Under the pieces are notes generated by a model. The model saw only the letters and a program-made list of their open reading frames with translations. It was not told where the DNA came from and ran no database searches. A DNA stretch of 64,000 bases from an uncultured virus (IMG/VR IMGVR_UViG_3300042554_003148). Lineage: Duplodnaviria; Heunggongvirae; Uroviricota; Caudoviricetes. The DNA lies in IMG/VR virus record IMGVR_UViG_3300042554_003148; one strand, written 5' to 3'. The position numbers were made by a program, and so were the translations under genes. Shown here piece by piece: positions 29,501-36,735 of this stretch. Numbering within the stretch: position 1 is the stretch's first letter; each line of letters starts with the position of its first letter.

Positions 29501-31501
29501 TCCTTTTCCACTACCGGGAACACTGCCTCCTTTAGAAAAACCCAAAATACGACCACCACCACTAGCAGTAGTTGGTCCGCCGCCTCCGAAATCTTTTCTA
29601 TCTAAAGTAGCATCTAAATTAACTAAAGCAGCATAAACATTTTCTAGAGAACTACTATTACTAGATAAAGCATTAGTATTATTTAATAACGCAGAATTAT
29701 ATGATGCTAAGGTGCTATTAATAGATACTAAGTTGGTATTCAATGCAGTTATAGCTGGTGTTAAGGCATTAATAGAAGACATTGAAGATACCAAAGAATC
29801 TATTTTACCAGAAAGCTTATCTAGAGCGGCGCTATTTTGATCCAAATCTCTACTAACTTGTTCTGTTTTAGCTCCAACTAAACTACTACCCAAATTACTG
29901 CCTATAGATCTTGCTATTCCGGGTTGTTCTTCTCCCTCTTGTCCTTTTGGTACTTTCTTTAATCCTCCTATAAAACCACCAGTAAATTGAGTAGCACTTC
30001 TTATACCGGCACCAGCTCCTAAGATTGCTAAAACCGGTAAAACTCCTTTAAGAGCACCACTAATTTTAATTAATCCACTAACTAAACCAAGAGCGCCTTT
30101 TGCTAATGTTTGAAATGTATCACTCTGTCCTAAGCTACGAATTAATGTTAAAAATTCTTCTCTTACTTTTACAATTTGATTAGCCAAACTTAATTGTGCT
30201 TTAGCAGCATCTGCTGCTAAACTTCCTTGACCAGCTTGTGCTACTTTAAGTGCTTCTTGAGCAGTGGCGAACTGTTGAATCAAAGGAATAACCTTTCCGA
30301 TCTGTCGAAATCCACCAAGCTCTTCAACAATTTGACTAAATCTTATATCTCTTGGATCAATTCTGTTGAGTCCTTCACTTAATAATTGTACAGCTTTATA
30401 TGCTCCAACAAATTTACCCTCAACATCTGTTAAGCTTACTCCATATTCTCTTAGTGCTTCGATTGTTCCTTGTCTTTGAATACGAGTAAAAATAGTTCTT
30501 AATCCAGTAGCAATAGTTTCGGCACTTTCACGAGTTGTAGCACGAACACTAGTAAATACAGCAATAAATTCATTTAAAGCGTCTGTGCCTTCGCTAACTC
30601 CTTTGCTGGCATTTGCAAACACACCACCGGTACGCTGTATAGCAGCAATAATATCGCTACTTTCCACAGCAAAAGCAGCAGCCACAGCATTAACAGACCC
30701 GAGAGCTTTTTCTAGTTCTTTAGCGCTTATACCAAACTGTCTCATTAATGCAATAGATCCTTCTACGGTTTGATTTATATCATCAAAACTAGGAGCTAAA
30801 CTACTACGAGCCAGCGCCTCTAATGCTGATCGTGTCTCAGTAGCGCTCAAACCAGCTTGTGCTAAAGTACTAGAAACCTTAATTAAACTATCAGAACTAA
30901 CACCTAATCCAATAGATAATCTACTTATTTCATCCTGCAATCCTTTTAATCCTTCGGCGCTTTTACCAGTAACTTGTTGTAATCTTACCAGCTCTCTATC
31001 AAATTCGATAAAACTTTTTAAACCGCTATTAATAGCTCTGTTGAGACTAAAAAATACTCCAGTAACAGCACTAAATGCCGCAAAACGACGAACAGCAAGA
31101 GCGCTTTGACGACCAAACTCTTCCATTTCTGTACGAGCAACGCCGACGCTTTTGGCGCTTTTTGACGCTGAAACTCCTAAATTATCTGCTCCTTTTGCTG
31201 CTTTACTAAGATTATTGGATAGTTTTGTTGAGGAATTTCCAACATTAGATACACTTTGACCAAAATTTCTAATAGCATTAGAAGCTGCTGTTGCATTAGA
31301 CGCTACATTTGCTAAATTAGTATTTAAATCTTGTAAAGACTTATTTAGTTTTGATGCATTATTAATAGCAGCTGGATCAATTTTTATATTAACATCACCA
31401 GTAATAGTTCCCAACTGTTTCTTAATATCAGAAACTATTTGTCTAACATTAGACGGTCCCCTCAAATTTAACTGAGCAGTTAAGTTAAAAGCTTGAGCCA
31501 T
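17555..31501 (-). CDS. Tail tape measure protein (4648 aa) with inserted enzyme-like cassettes
   Basis: TP901-type TMP core near the N-terminus (LAQAG...TRESAETIATGLRTIFTRIQ...GGFRQIGK), long helical regions, position after tube and chaperone genes, four GxDxVPAxLxPGExV-type motifs. Confidence 0.9.
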   Translation of the reverse strand: MAQAFNLTAQLNLRGPSNVRQIVSDIKKQLGTITGDVNIKIDPAAINNASKLNKSLQDLNTNLANVASNATAASNAIRNFGQSVSNVGNSSTKLSNNLSKAAKGADNLGVSASKSAKSVGVARTEMEEFGRQSALAVRRFAAFSAVTGVFFSLNRAINSGLKSFIEFDRELVRLQQVTGKSAEGLKGLQDEISRLSIGLGVSSDSLIKVSSTLAQAGLSATETRSALEALARSSLAPSFDDINQTVEGSIALMRQFGISAKELEKALGSVNAVAAAFAVESSDIIAAIQRTGGVFANASKGVSEGTDALNEFIAVFTSVRATTRESAETIATGLRTIFTRIQRQGTIEALREYGVSLTDVEGKFVGAYKAVQLLSEGLNRIDPRDIRFSQIVEELGGFRQIGKVIPLIQQFATAQEALKVAQAGQGSLAADAAKAQLSLANQIVKVREEFLTLIRSLGQSDTFQTLAKGALGLVSGLIKISGALKGVLPVLAILGAGAGIRSATQFTGGFIGGLKKVPKGQEGEEQPGIARSIGSNLGSSLVGAKTEQVSRDLDQNSAALDKLSGKIDSLVSSMSSINALTPAITALNTNLVSINSTLASYNSALLNNTNALSSNSSSLENVYAALVNLDATLDRKDFGGGGPTTASGGGRILGFSKGGSVPGSGKGDKVPALLEPGEVVMSNRAVNKYGRGNLVRMNKYVAGGYIKKQLPGAEEQLSKQQISYKNIDDLKINDSGKGAIRGYMFENYVGQNYGIEAPDQKFPDIPKLSGRLKKQFGLTKKETGKDITAAELKYRSGLEPNFDETYTPDNTAVVYAIERNLGGKIQKFVVGGTVEGIAAKEKKSIETVILEQLSSFGNASGVKKILGLGSGEREIGAILNAGNIKAGKNIAQAIKFINRALAKTGKQDAAREAKEAAMRKVAIAGLFPLDYNKDFSDWKLEDGREIYGYVRGFQSSFLPQIEAMQEANRATRQKFAEDIQDTAALGGLGNRNIRGPIQPLAIDFDETLALGTKMLDKNGKEDLPAYSDRKKVMESLAQARPTSLAKRLASIEQKNPGYVRMFSRILTARPQSTADIIASTLNRFGLPYLEQDVTGVSQGLGTNIAKAKAANVARAEKLIDDSEENIRATMAAGKSTFRYGEVPELKGPAEEKFGQSNIEGGMLEAALSQLLGYNINVDALQRNRAIDFPQGLGRGAQLFGLPPNIETEVKRTLDGDSFSKAREEFSRYFTENPQAFAKGGTATFGSGTFKFPKRISNAYVREMEKLLEQEQMEKVFSTYPGNERMIVDEEAVQKGYESPFSRELFINSFKDKISRNTVFERMGQFARVIGLPQTDFLSAIPTQLDFGVNYPATALFNKDPSGPGTRGLQGVDLTPYGYTEQDKQDLFGYTKLIEEKKKQILKTIKTSVTTYEDGSFGYDVALAEKLRVELNDLQKQQRSLIDKNNAAIKAAKESRLQSAKQSGRGSVGIATNPFNTRQRQDYSILYHELTHQLFNSLRTKNAQSFEAYKAKVASLFSGNNDDVADAFDALVGNTGYNSADVAYGRSYKLSGLSSLMMGSAKESFAKYVNSDPEYIPELRKTWAATNSTTNAKAFKPLNPRVNDVLLRGKISQDVIDKYEDNGKEEFLTTLVQKLPLLDENLRGILDSTLDDLLGGAGISRQKFALGGLADSTEAMSGLMQGLYGNRSQQTNKKEKDFGKISVTEDGNMLSVGYLKNESRSGYVQAMKYKDNLWYVGLSKATKGYGPRLYDVAMEAVSEKGDMLTSDRSMVSADAQKVWAYYFKNRGDVKKTPLEPENWTKNQALIDPKLYGRRETWPPATDPAWILQSGYSKSPTLLNDPEQVKRNNNKAQKPVDSRSMALSYFQRADGGPIDRFADGGSVPALVSNGEAYVPPKLAKRIGYGTLSRMNQADKNGMGRFSDGGISIFNGPGSGTSDSIPTNLPVGSFIIREKATKALGLNKGGGIGIRKFKDGGELSKEAQKAIEKIEAELVGIYRTAATKLGFQGGLGGEGPKDVGGGRQLYERQRKVYYAANPAQSSEELLKRYSTEGPVGSVAKELISKASPEEIGRIEREEIAAYGGDYKTKGGAIDARLTGRSSGSPEELAKRYEEKLAVAASELEQIRKLEAQLIEIRKTGAVQAIESEKSLSSSRAQSAPGSSSAAPTQFVPPSVPPSSVSAAPPPVPTRPIPPPVPPRPVSAVSPPVPTRPIPPPVPPRPAPPPVPPRPVSAGSFSGTQDDTDLVASRAKAKGISFDQEVAQMRKALIDSAKELMNPAEKQNTLRILALENKTRLETINQRKKADLDAIKSEYQSQKAKILNDASLSKTEKQTKLKELSDSSKKKGTDVKDKANTEVQSIQDSLIAQIKEINPALASKELASIATEITSGFSKGLNLNDIISSSTKLQQVFHGTMTSAEAQKIASEKLAEQLGITTAAAESLASAGLIEASKGYDDNIKSLNKMSSYMTKGAVGVTAFTSALSSAIKMFGGENDRGSVVAAAGIESFGSTFGTGLAALSQLPGTVDSTIKSLSSMGGSVGNLASSIGPQIIKFMSNPFVAAGAVIGVAAIGIAAALKDAHNAAREFDKALAAKNVENAMEKVSNAFEDFSKDITRLDLLDNIRQELSIAGTNVAEGIRIDAEVPKAMWVNLFDALGGGSEAAQRSMILEKQGIGAYIASTDTFGGGEKTRNFYMQKMAPDMAKEQSAAYKPVADATLRLFEEKLRTGTSMQDVMGELKDATGAPTQLAKNIAQSNPVIQEQILRIRASNNLSDQQKAAMERNVIAQEAEYRARINLEASLRSMEIDKLNREMKKFIVSLERMFNNMDQSIEKTSFELDNMGRSAELSAAALSGNAKSGEIAIKSLNVLRNLDAYSPREGKEAVSQAAGFFGSQSDIVSPLLGLGNKLEKTVLSTVNREIEKNPEATNERIAAGIRSSLDKNLRDLGLPSNLTDKLSNQVNKAFAEISKSGTDAKDVSFDEIVEQVPAFADAIGSARRAEETAIKALEFYQKNLNDYSNAMNQMVDYQIEANSRFRRASDIQTQGLLKLNEAFGKSTSLFQQQQIANEQTRSLTGGPTNPAAIGQNILNLENTRSQIQGMSDTAANRGPAGRDEFMLMQNRLRNVNVSLRENYEALKQMADSTEMAEAAMNKIQEVQAKRQAGMNLLEKVVTSDPGEVAKLNNSIARLSNNMAGRTNLSTSEQRGEDLQTFNMIAPLLGEGQKQNELRANVLESMLKESGQGVNPLFAQVLDSLRNPEEDPEMQEAIAYYKSSLAQQSQANMMLGQIQQLMAQNTAEIAAEKLAHSIQGVKLNFENQVLDEMRNGIWKLVELANNGKPAPGMRLGGVVYASEGQQINFQSKGTDTVPAMLTPGEFVVNKSATKNNLSLLKTINSGNYNKGGRVSYYADGGLVVDKKWKARGMDFLGADYASRNQQDLITSGTYPALDKNISDYVKPNTGIGSAITSNPIYEFPNSYYAISEKSGPLGEFAGVRGGSNNKPGLELGTLNARRGIGYDGVSIQMADIGVTDAVFGSNLSFPKIIPSTTQNAGISVKSVGRLPDSSYLSNTVLDGDKISLLPIRQLDFDTVKKNYQNILQTYNDKYKFKNIKEILNNIQKSKAPNFQSSVKVRSVGNDYILEGLSYEDTTNPGLLTKDPSILGAAGGSGLGNILSFRQSALSGMTQVVAGIDNFRSIGSFRGGGAGGLKQYAQTASDWHIPYNDVESQLSYLNTDIVKNDTIYNAIENAIDNMKKEKDFVESQSSLNIKKYLADLEALYNRNTFRASFNLGQPFDKGGIEFPITLYNIPKDQWKNILQQNDIIKNGAYKNIDDANKFALSENDFIEISQKDRITGAAKNPRKLPWISNAFNTIQGAREEIFSGSQTAFGIGGKDGLVKLITTTPSVYDTAPFNFTYDQINGKLYDTISKAFVGDPLNYIIVKPQDPKSKFPLAELLSTNNKSLYADSIDVLLGNLKNNTPIYDVLTGQETAPPGEPFKYNLNGENIGLIDSSLFTDIPDTYKMSLQDSEKASVITSTNGRKNIIPVENFFAENYKKKREEDIKNARTLIAKTKAATVQREKVTSDEAKFSEPIRLSIARAIQPVLSQNLADGTGIKISATPPDKISQVGMIAGKLAQEATNINDVTSPRRAIIDAWRSLYVDLYKPANPAQSAEYLKNLGIPVDRKLYGDPVTVNQGGLDKTLYFRKTPPITQETVLTAINREIALIRSKAFAGGDVDIGVSDQITDLAEGAILHDVDPKTGLKSGTNPKGKQPEYAGATTWQDVHKMALTPENLFSGPKTRLNIIDILKEYYTKATDKKGRKLYDTSFIDALNQLREWYNVQDSLLYKGLSVDKIENNIKSLRTDAVRATDIDNLQKKATEAHLLLTGNIYGALPTSSRLITLLEARIKEKEEEIKEEAKQAGLPEGISMKLAKGGPVPLYASGGSFVNFAPKGTDTVPAMLTPGEFVINRQSTQKYKPVLEAINSGNYARGGIVNYLNKGGYIPQYKFLGGMMGNAQSFDFTKYLNGLVGSITSSITEAFDKALSNLKQPNNAAGGVSNTSGDIASIDNFVNRLNNIANILSNIYIPPQITITGKHDVVVTINGDTVLNQLRPDIAGIVVSAIKGAFRDLKAKNPENNTINFNIDIDPRSLT
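24811..25000 (-). repeat. Tandem Pro-rich repeat in the TMP (63-bp unit; PPPVPTRPIPPPVPPRP)
   Basis: Near-exact nucleotide repeats such as ggaaccggtggcggaattggtcttgttggaacagg, present twice. Confidence 0.9.
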
Positions 31502-31520
31502 AAGCTAATTTCCTGAATAA

Positions 31521-31561
31521 TAAAAATATTCCCCGCTTAGAGTATGATCTAAACGGGGAAT
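31521..31561 (-). terminator. Probable intrinsic terminator between the chaperone gene and the TMP
   Basis: Inverted repeat attccccg...cggggaat followed by a T-rich run on the minus strand. Confidence 0.5.
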
Positions 31562-31574
31562 AATATAACCCAAT

Positions 31575-31586
31575 ATTATATACACT
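31575..31586 (-). promoter_or_regulatory. Putative late promoter box AGTGTATATAAT upstream of the TMP
   Basis: Matches the RGTGTA motif; intergenic. Confidence 0.45.
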
Positions 31587-31592
31587 ATTTTA

Positions 31593-32501
31593 CTAAGTTG
31601 TTGACACTGTTTGTTCAGTTGAGGCGGAAAGTTGGGGTTGTTCTTGTTCAACAGCCTCTTCTGCTTTAACTGATGGTTCAACTTTGTCATTTTTGGGTTG
31701 TTCCTCATCTAATACTATTGGATTTCCATTTTCATCTAGGAAGGGTTGACTATCAACAAGGTATTCTCCATCTTTGTCTACTTTATTACCAAATTTATCA
31801 ACAAAGTTACCTTCTTCGTCAATAAATCGGCCACTCTCGTCTATTAGCCTGCCTTCTCTATCTATTAATCTGCCCTTTTTATCTACTAATCTTAGTTTAT
31901 CATCAATAAATTTAAATTTCTTTAAAAATTTATTTTCTGGTAAATTACTTTCATAATCATTATCTAATCCATACAGCATATTAGCCAAATTTTGAGCACC
32001 CATAATAGCAACCTTTTCGGTTGAACTATTTAGGTACTCTTCCATATTTTTATATACTGGTTGTTTAGTATCATTATACACCAAACAAACACTTACTAAA
32101 TAATTAAATCTACTATTGTCAGCTTGGCCTTCGGCGCTATGATTATCCAAACTTGTTCGTACACTAATAAGATCTCTTATTTCATCACGAATACTTTTCA
32201 TCTTAATAGCTAAATCCTTAGCCTCGTTCAAACTAAAACCGCCTTTTGCTAATCTTTTTTCTCCTTCTAATAATTCTCTTTGAAGTTCTGTAAACTTAGC
32301 TTGCTTTTCGTCATTCCATAAGCCCTGATCCTCTAGTAAATCATCAAGCTTGGCTCGTACCACACTTTTGCTTTTAATAGCATCGGTAAAAGCTTGGTTA
32401 TAAACCTTTTGTGCTTCTCTTTGATTATCTAGTGTGGGGCTACGAACCAAATATTCTTTTTCGACACCGTCAACTTCTACTTTAAAGGTTTTGGTCTTCA
32501 T
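31593..32501 (-). CDS. Probable tail assembly chaperone with C-terminal DxxG repeats
   Basis: Immediately upstream of the TMP; helical N-terminus; VDKKGRLIDREGRLIDESGRFIDEEGNFVDKFGNKVDKDG repeats. Confidence 0.6.
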   Translation of the reverse strand: MKTKTFKVEVDGVEKEYLVRSPTLDNQREAQKVYNQAFTDAIKSKSVVRAKLDDLLEDQGLWNDEKQAKFTELQRELLEGEKRLAKGGFSLNEAKDLAIKMKSIRDEIRDLISVRTSLDNHSAEGQADNSRFNYLVSVCLVYNDTKQPVYKNMEEYLNSSTEKVAIMGAQNLANMLYGLDNDYESNLPENKFLKKFKFIDDKLRLVDKKGRLIDREGRLIDESGRFIDEEGNFVDKFGNKVDKDGEYLVDSQPFLDENGNPIVLDEEQPKNDKVEPSVKAEEAVEQEQPQLSASTEQTVSTT

Positions 32502-32779
32502 GCATCCTTCTCCTGTCTAAGGTTAAATTTATAGGTATATTTATTATTTACTTTATTTTGTGATAAGAATTTTTTTATATCATCTATTGCGGATCTTGCT
32601 TGTTTATTACCATTATTTAATATACTATTTCTAGTATATTCCCAAGTATCCCAAACAGGATTATTATCTGGTTCATTTTCCCAAATATGTCCGAAGCTAT
32701 CTTCGAATCGTGCTAACGCACCAATCATTGTTGTTTGAAATCTTTTATATATATTATCTAGTAATTCTTGTTCGCTCAT
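32498..32779 (-). CDS. Hypothetical protein
   Basis: 93-aa ORF overlapping the next gene's start. Confidence 0.65.
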   Translation of the reverse strand: MSEQELLDNIYKRFQTTMIGALARFEDSFGHIWENEPDNNPVWDTWEYTRNSILNNGNKQARSAIDDIKKFLSQNKVNNKYTYKFNLRQEKDA

Positions 32780-32782
32780 ATA

Positions 32783-33817
32783 TTATTTCCTATTTTTCAT
32801 TTGTTGATTAAGTTGACTTCTAAGATCAACCTGAACATCTGGTAATTGACTTTCTTCTGTTAGTCCAAATTTATTAACATGCGCTATTTTACTTTTCATT
32901 CTATTTAATCCTTCTATATTATTTAATCCAACTATTTCTTGAGCTTCGTCATTGTTGTTTGCAAATAAGAAAACCTCTTGAGCATTTTTAAGTTTAGGAT
33001 TAAGATTATCTACTTGTTGTTGCTTTTTATCTTTTTCTATTTTACGTTTTTGAACTATCATCCATCCATCCAAAGCATCGTCATCCTCAATAATTTCATC
33101 CGCTGGACATTCTGGATGCTCATAAACCCTATCATACATTTGACTAATACCAATTATTGTACGTTGATCATCTGTAATATTATTTCCTTGCTGACTAAAT
33201 ATAGAATTCTTACTAACATTCCAATACGATCTCCATATATGGCTACGAGCTAATTTTTTAAAATCGGATAATCCTATGCTATGCTTATTAAGCTCATTAA
33301 CAACATTATTAAATAACATGTAGTTATTAGTATTATTTTGGTTATTAAAAATTAAGCTATTATTTTTATAAAGAGTATGCGTAATAATAAATTCATTTTT
33401 TATACTATTTGCATACCCTTCCAAAGTATTAGAATATAGTTCATCCTTTTTACCTAGTATAGTGCTAAGTTGTTTTTTATAATTGTCTAAATTCTTTTTA
33501 ATAGTATTTTTTTTATCTGTAAATTTAAAATTACTATAATAATCTGCTTTACTATTTTCTATCTTTTTGTCTAAATCCTTAATAATCATATTTGTATCTT
33601 TAGTCCATAAATTTAAGTAAATTAATAAATTATCTAGATTATCCTCTCTAAGCCAATCATTGTATTTTTCATCATTAATAATAGTGTTATAAAGAAGTTG
33701 TGCCTCATATTTAATATCGATAGTAGCAGATTTTAGTGTGTATCTTTCGTTATTATAAGTAAAAACTAAGTATCCACAAAAAATTCTATAGAATAATAAT
33801 TCCAGATCCTCATTCAT
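32783..33817 (-). CDS. Probable tail assembly chaperone, paralogue of 31593..32501
   Basis: Lies between tube and TMP; N-terminal half aligns by eye with the 302-aa protein. Confidence 0.55.
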   Translation of the reverse strand: MNEDLELLFYRIFCGYLVFTYNNERYTLKSATIDIKYEAQLLYNTIINDEKYNDWLREDNLDNLLIYLNLWTKDTNMIIKDLDKKIENSKADYYSNFKFTDKKNTIKKNLDNYKKQLSTILGKKDELYSNTLEGYANSIKNEFIITHTLYKNNSLIFNNQNNTNNYMLFNNVVNELNKHSIGLSDFKKLARSHIWRSYWNVSKNSIFSQQGNNITDDQRTIIGISQMYDRVYEHPECPADEIIEDDDALDGWMIVQKRKIEKDKKQQQVDNLNPKLKNAQEVFLFANNNDEAQEIVGLNNIEGLNRMKSKIAHVNKFGLTEESQLPDVQVDLRSQLNQQMKNRK

Positions 33818-33959
33818 CTAGACCTTCTGGTAAAGCTTTTTTAAGTTTTTGTAACTCGTTGTCCTTATCCTGAAGTTGTTGTCTCATAATTTCTAATACT
33901 TTTTGAGTATTATAAATATCAACATACAACTTACCTATTATATTAAATAACTCATCCAT
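33810..33959 (-). CDS. Small coiled-coil protein (49 aa), not in the ORF track
   Basis: MDELFNIIGKLYVDIYNTQKVLEIMRQQLQDKDNELQKLKKALPEGLDE*; fills the gap and overlaps the next start. Confidence 0.6.
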   Translation of the reverse strand: MDELFNIIGKLYVDIYNTQKVLEIMRQQLQDKDNELQKLKKALPEGLDE

Positions 33960-33990
33960 AATCCATTTTCCGAACAATTATTAAAAACTA

Positions 33991-35109
33991 TCAGTCACCA
34001 GTAATCTCAGCATCATTTACAATATCGACCCATTTACCTTCGGCAAAAGTACCGCTAGCGTCAACAACAAACTTATTAAATGTTTGATAACTATAAGTAA
34101 TTGTTGCATTATCTCCACCAGCTTCACCACCAGTATAGTTAACACTAGTAAGTTTATTCTTACTGCCAAGATCCAAAATAAGTTGATCGCTTGTGCCACT
34201 ACCACAGACTACAACCTTAACAGTTTTGTCCTGTAGATTTTTGTAAACAACATTACAACCAACTTGACCATCAAAATCTTTAGCTTCAACATAGTCACCA
34301 CTAGAAGCAATAATTTCAAATTCGCTTGTTACCTCTACTGGGAATGTTACATAACGATAGTATGGGGCCATAGCTCCAAGTTCGTTGATAGCTTCACGAC
34401 CCAAATCTGTGCTAACAGTAACGCTCTGTAAGAATGGCATTGTGCGACCTTCTGGAATCGGAATACCACCACCATTACCGGTTGGAATTGTACTTAGCGA
34501 ACTGTTAAACTTGTATCGACGACCAATAGCTGGAGCTGTCATTGTGCCAGCATCGCTATTACTGCTAAAGAAACCACTAGCAGCACTAGAATTAGCAGCA
34601 TATAATGAACCACTATTCCAGTATTTATTATTTCCGACTAGTGTCACATCTTCTGTAGCATTACCATCAACAGGAATTGTGAAACTAACACTACTAAGAT
34701 ACATACCAGAGCAATCAACAAATACGCTTGGAGTTCCAGTTGCTGCGCTATTAGTATCGGGATAAATACCTAATCTAAAATTAACACGATTATTTGCTAC
34801 TGCTGGTAGTTCTTTCTTAACAGCGCCAGTGATGCCTGTGGATCCACCCATGCACATTAGATATAATGGAGGAGTACCATCAATAACTTTATTAAGACTA
34901 ACCTCTACTTCTGGTACATCTTCAACGTTTTCATACAATTCGATTTGACCTAGTTGAAAAACTTGTTCTAGAGTAAAGTTTGTTGTTATACCAGCGCTTT
35001 GTACGCCGCGAGGATAGTACCATGTTGTGTATTGATTACTACCTGTGTCATTTTGTGGTTTGAGAGCGATAGCTTGTGTTGCATAAAAAATTCTATTATT
35101 TCGTGCCAT
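33991..35109 (-). CDS. Major tail (tube) protein
   Basis: Beta-rich, with internal duplication (RGVQS.GITTNF..EQVFQLG / LQSVTVSTDLGREAINELG). GGAG RBS, own promoter box, canonical position. Confidence 0.75.
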   Translation of the reverse strand: MARNNRIFYATQAIALKPQNDTGSNQYTTWYYPRGVQSAGITTNFTLEQVFQLGQIELYENVEDVPEVEVSLNKVIDGTPPLYLMCMGGSTGITGAVKKELPAVANNRVNFRLGIYPDTNSAATGTPSVFVDCSGMYLSSVSFTIPVDGNATEDVTLVGNNKYWNSGSLYAANSSAASGFFSSNSDAGTMTAPAIGRRYKFNSSLSTIPTGNGGGIPIPEGRTMPFLQSVTVSTDLGREAINELGAMAPYYRYVTFPVEVTSEFEIIASSGDYVEAKDFDGQVGCNVVYKNLQDKTVKVVVCGSGTSDQLILDLGSKNKLTSVNYTGGEAGGDNATITYSYQTFNKFVVDASGTFAEGKWVDIVNDAEITGD

Positions 35110-35143
35110 TGAAGATCTCCATTATATGGGATATTGTGTTATA

Positions 35144-35155
35144 CTTTAGTACACC
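35144..35155 (-). promoter_or_regulatory. Putative late promoter box GGTGTACTAAAG
   Basis: Intergenic, upstream of the tail tube gene. Confidence 0.55.
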
Positions 35156-35167
35156 TTTTTGAACAAA

Positions 35168-36094
35168 TTACGGGAAAATTTCTATTGACCATCGTACAAT
35201 ACCGTTGTATAGTGAACTACTCAAAGAATTTAATTCTCCAATGGTACTATCTTTAATAGTACACCAATAACTAGGAAAATTTTGAACAATATTTGGATAA
35301 TTATACCCACTAGGATTAATATTTCCAAATTTATTAAGAGAATATCTATTATTTTTAATAACATCATTTACATCGTATAAATATACTGTTTTATCTTTTT
35401 GATGCAATAATATGTCTATTATGGTGTTCCTTTGGTTTGCATTTTCGGTATAAATATGTAAAAATACATCTTGTATAATAATATTATCAACTGTTCCTAA
35501 TTGGTGAGGAATTTGAGTAGTTCTTGGTATTAGTTCCACAATAATTGCTGGTAATTGAACCCTATGAACACTGGTTATGCTATAATCTTGTTTGTTAAAA
35601 GTAGATGGATTATATGTTTCTTTTTGAACCTCTTTCCACCAAAAATTATCGCTACTTTTATATACTTGTATATATCTATAGGAATAATTAGCAGTCACCG
35701 TACTCTTGGCTGAAACAGAATTATTAAATACTATTTGACCGAGAGGATAATTAACATTATATCCATAATTTCCGCTACCTGTTGGGGCTGGTAAAAAGGT
35801 ATTATTAAGATATAATCCCGAAAAAGTAATTGGACTACCACTCTCATAAACTATACCGCTCTCATAAACCCAATCCTTGCGCGGAGACTGCCATACTTTA
35901 TCTTTTAGGATAGGATCGTCGGCACTTTTTAAAATATGGTATGAGCCACCGCCTACGCCACTAGTGGGAATATTAACATTAACAAATCCTCCAATATGTA
36001 AAAATGACCAATCTAGAAAACTTTTAACATTATCTTCTAATAATGATATGCGATTTTTATTTGTAATAGAAGATACGTTATGAAAAGTAGTCAT
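35168..36094 (-). CDS. Probable tail completion/terminator protein
   Basis: Directly before the tube gene; VQLPAIIVE...QDVFLHIYTEN pattern. Confidence 0.5.
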   Translation of the reverse strand: MTTFHNVSSITNKNRISLLEDNVKSFLDWSFLHIGGFVNVNIPTSGVGGGSYHILKSADDPILKDKVWQSPRKDWVYESGIVYESGSPITFSGLYLNNTFLPAPTGSGNYGYNVNYPLGQIVFNNSVSAKSTVTANYSYRYIQVYKSSDNFWWKEVQKETYNPSTFNKQDYSITSVHRVQLPAIIVELIPRTTQIPHQLGTVDNIIIQDVFLHIYTENANQRNTIIDILLHQKDKTVYLYDVNDVIKNNRYSLNKFGNINPSGYNYPNIVQNFPSYWCTIKDSTIGELNSLSSSLYNGIVRWSIEIFP

Positions 36095-36735
36095 AAAAGA
36101 TCCTCTATATTAGTTTGAATAACTTTTGAAATTTTATCACTAATTTTATTTATTGCTCTTGTTGTCCAATTGTTATCTTCTGTTCCAGCAAAATTGACAG
36201 GTACTCTCCAGCCATTAGGATTACTTACCATAATAGCAGATCCTGTGCGTGATCGATAGCTATTATTAATATAGGTTATACTATAATCTTGTATGATTTT
36301 ATCATTTCCTTTTAATAATAACCATTCTAACCAAGGTAAAGATTCTCCTTTTTCGGTTTTTGTCATAGCAATATCCATACCTATAATACCATTAATATCG
36401 GAACTACGAATCATAGATAGTGTAAAACCTCCACTTAATCCCCTGCCTGATACTTTAATAGGATTATTAAATATCTCTAATGTATTAACCATAGCGTCTA
36501 CAACACCATCAACTTCTCCGGTATTTAGTATTCCAAATTCAGCCCGTAAAGTCCCTGCTTTTAATGAAGAATATTCTGGTTCTGATATTAGAGCTTCTTT
36601 TACTAAATTTTTTATTTCAATAGTAATTTTTGATAAAGCCTTATTCATAACATTATCCATTTGATTTTTTAAATTTTCTAGGATAAGTTTTATTATATCA
36701 CTATCATTTTCTAATAAATCCAATGAAAATTTCAT
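36091..36735 (-). CDS. Probable neck/tail completion protein
   Basis: Position in the neck cluster; likely start MKFSL at 36735 overlapping the upstream stop. Confidence 0.5.
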   Translation of the reverse strand: MKFSLDLLENDSDIIKLILENLKNQMDNVMNKALSKITIEIKNLVKEALISEPEYSSLKAGTLRAEFGILNTGEVDGVVDAMVNTLEIFNNPIKVSGRGLSGGFTLSMIRSSDINGIIGMDIAMTKTEKGESLPWLEWLLLKGNDKIIQDYSITYINNSYRSRTGSAIMVSNPNGWRVPVNFAGTEDNNWTTRAINKISDKISKVIQTNIEDLL

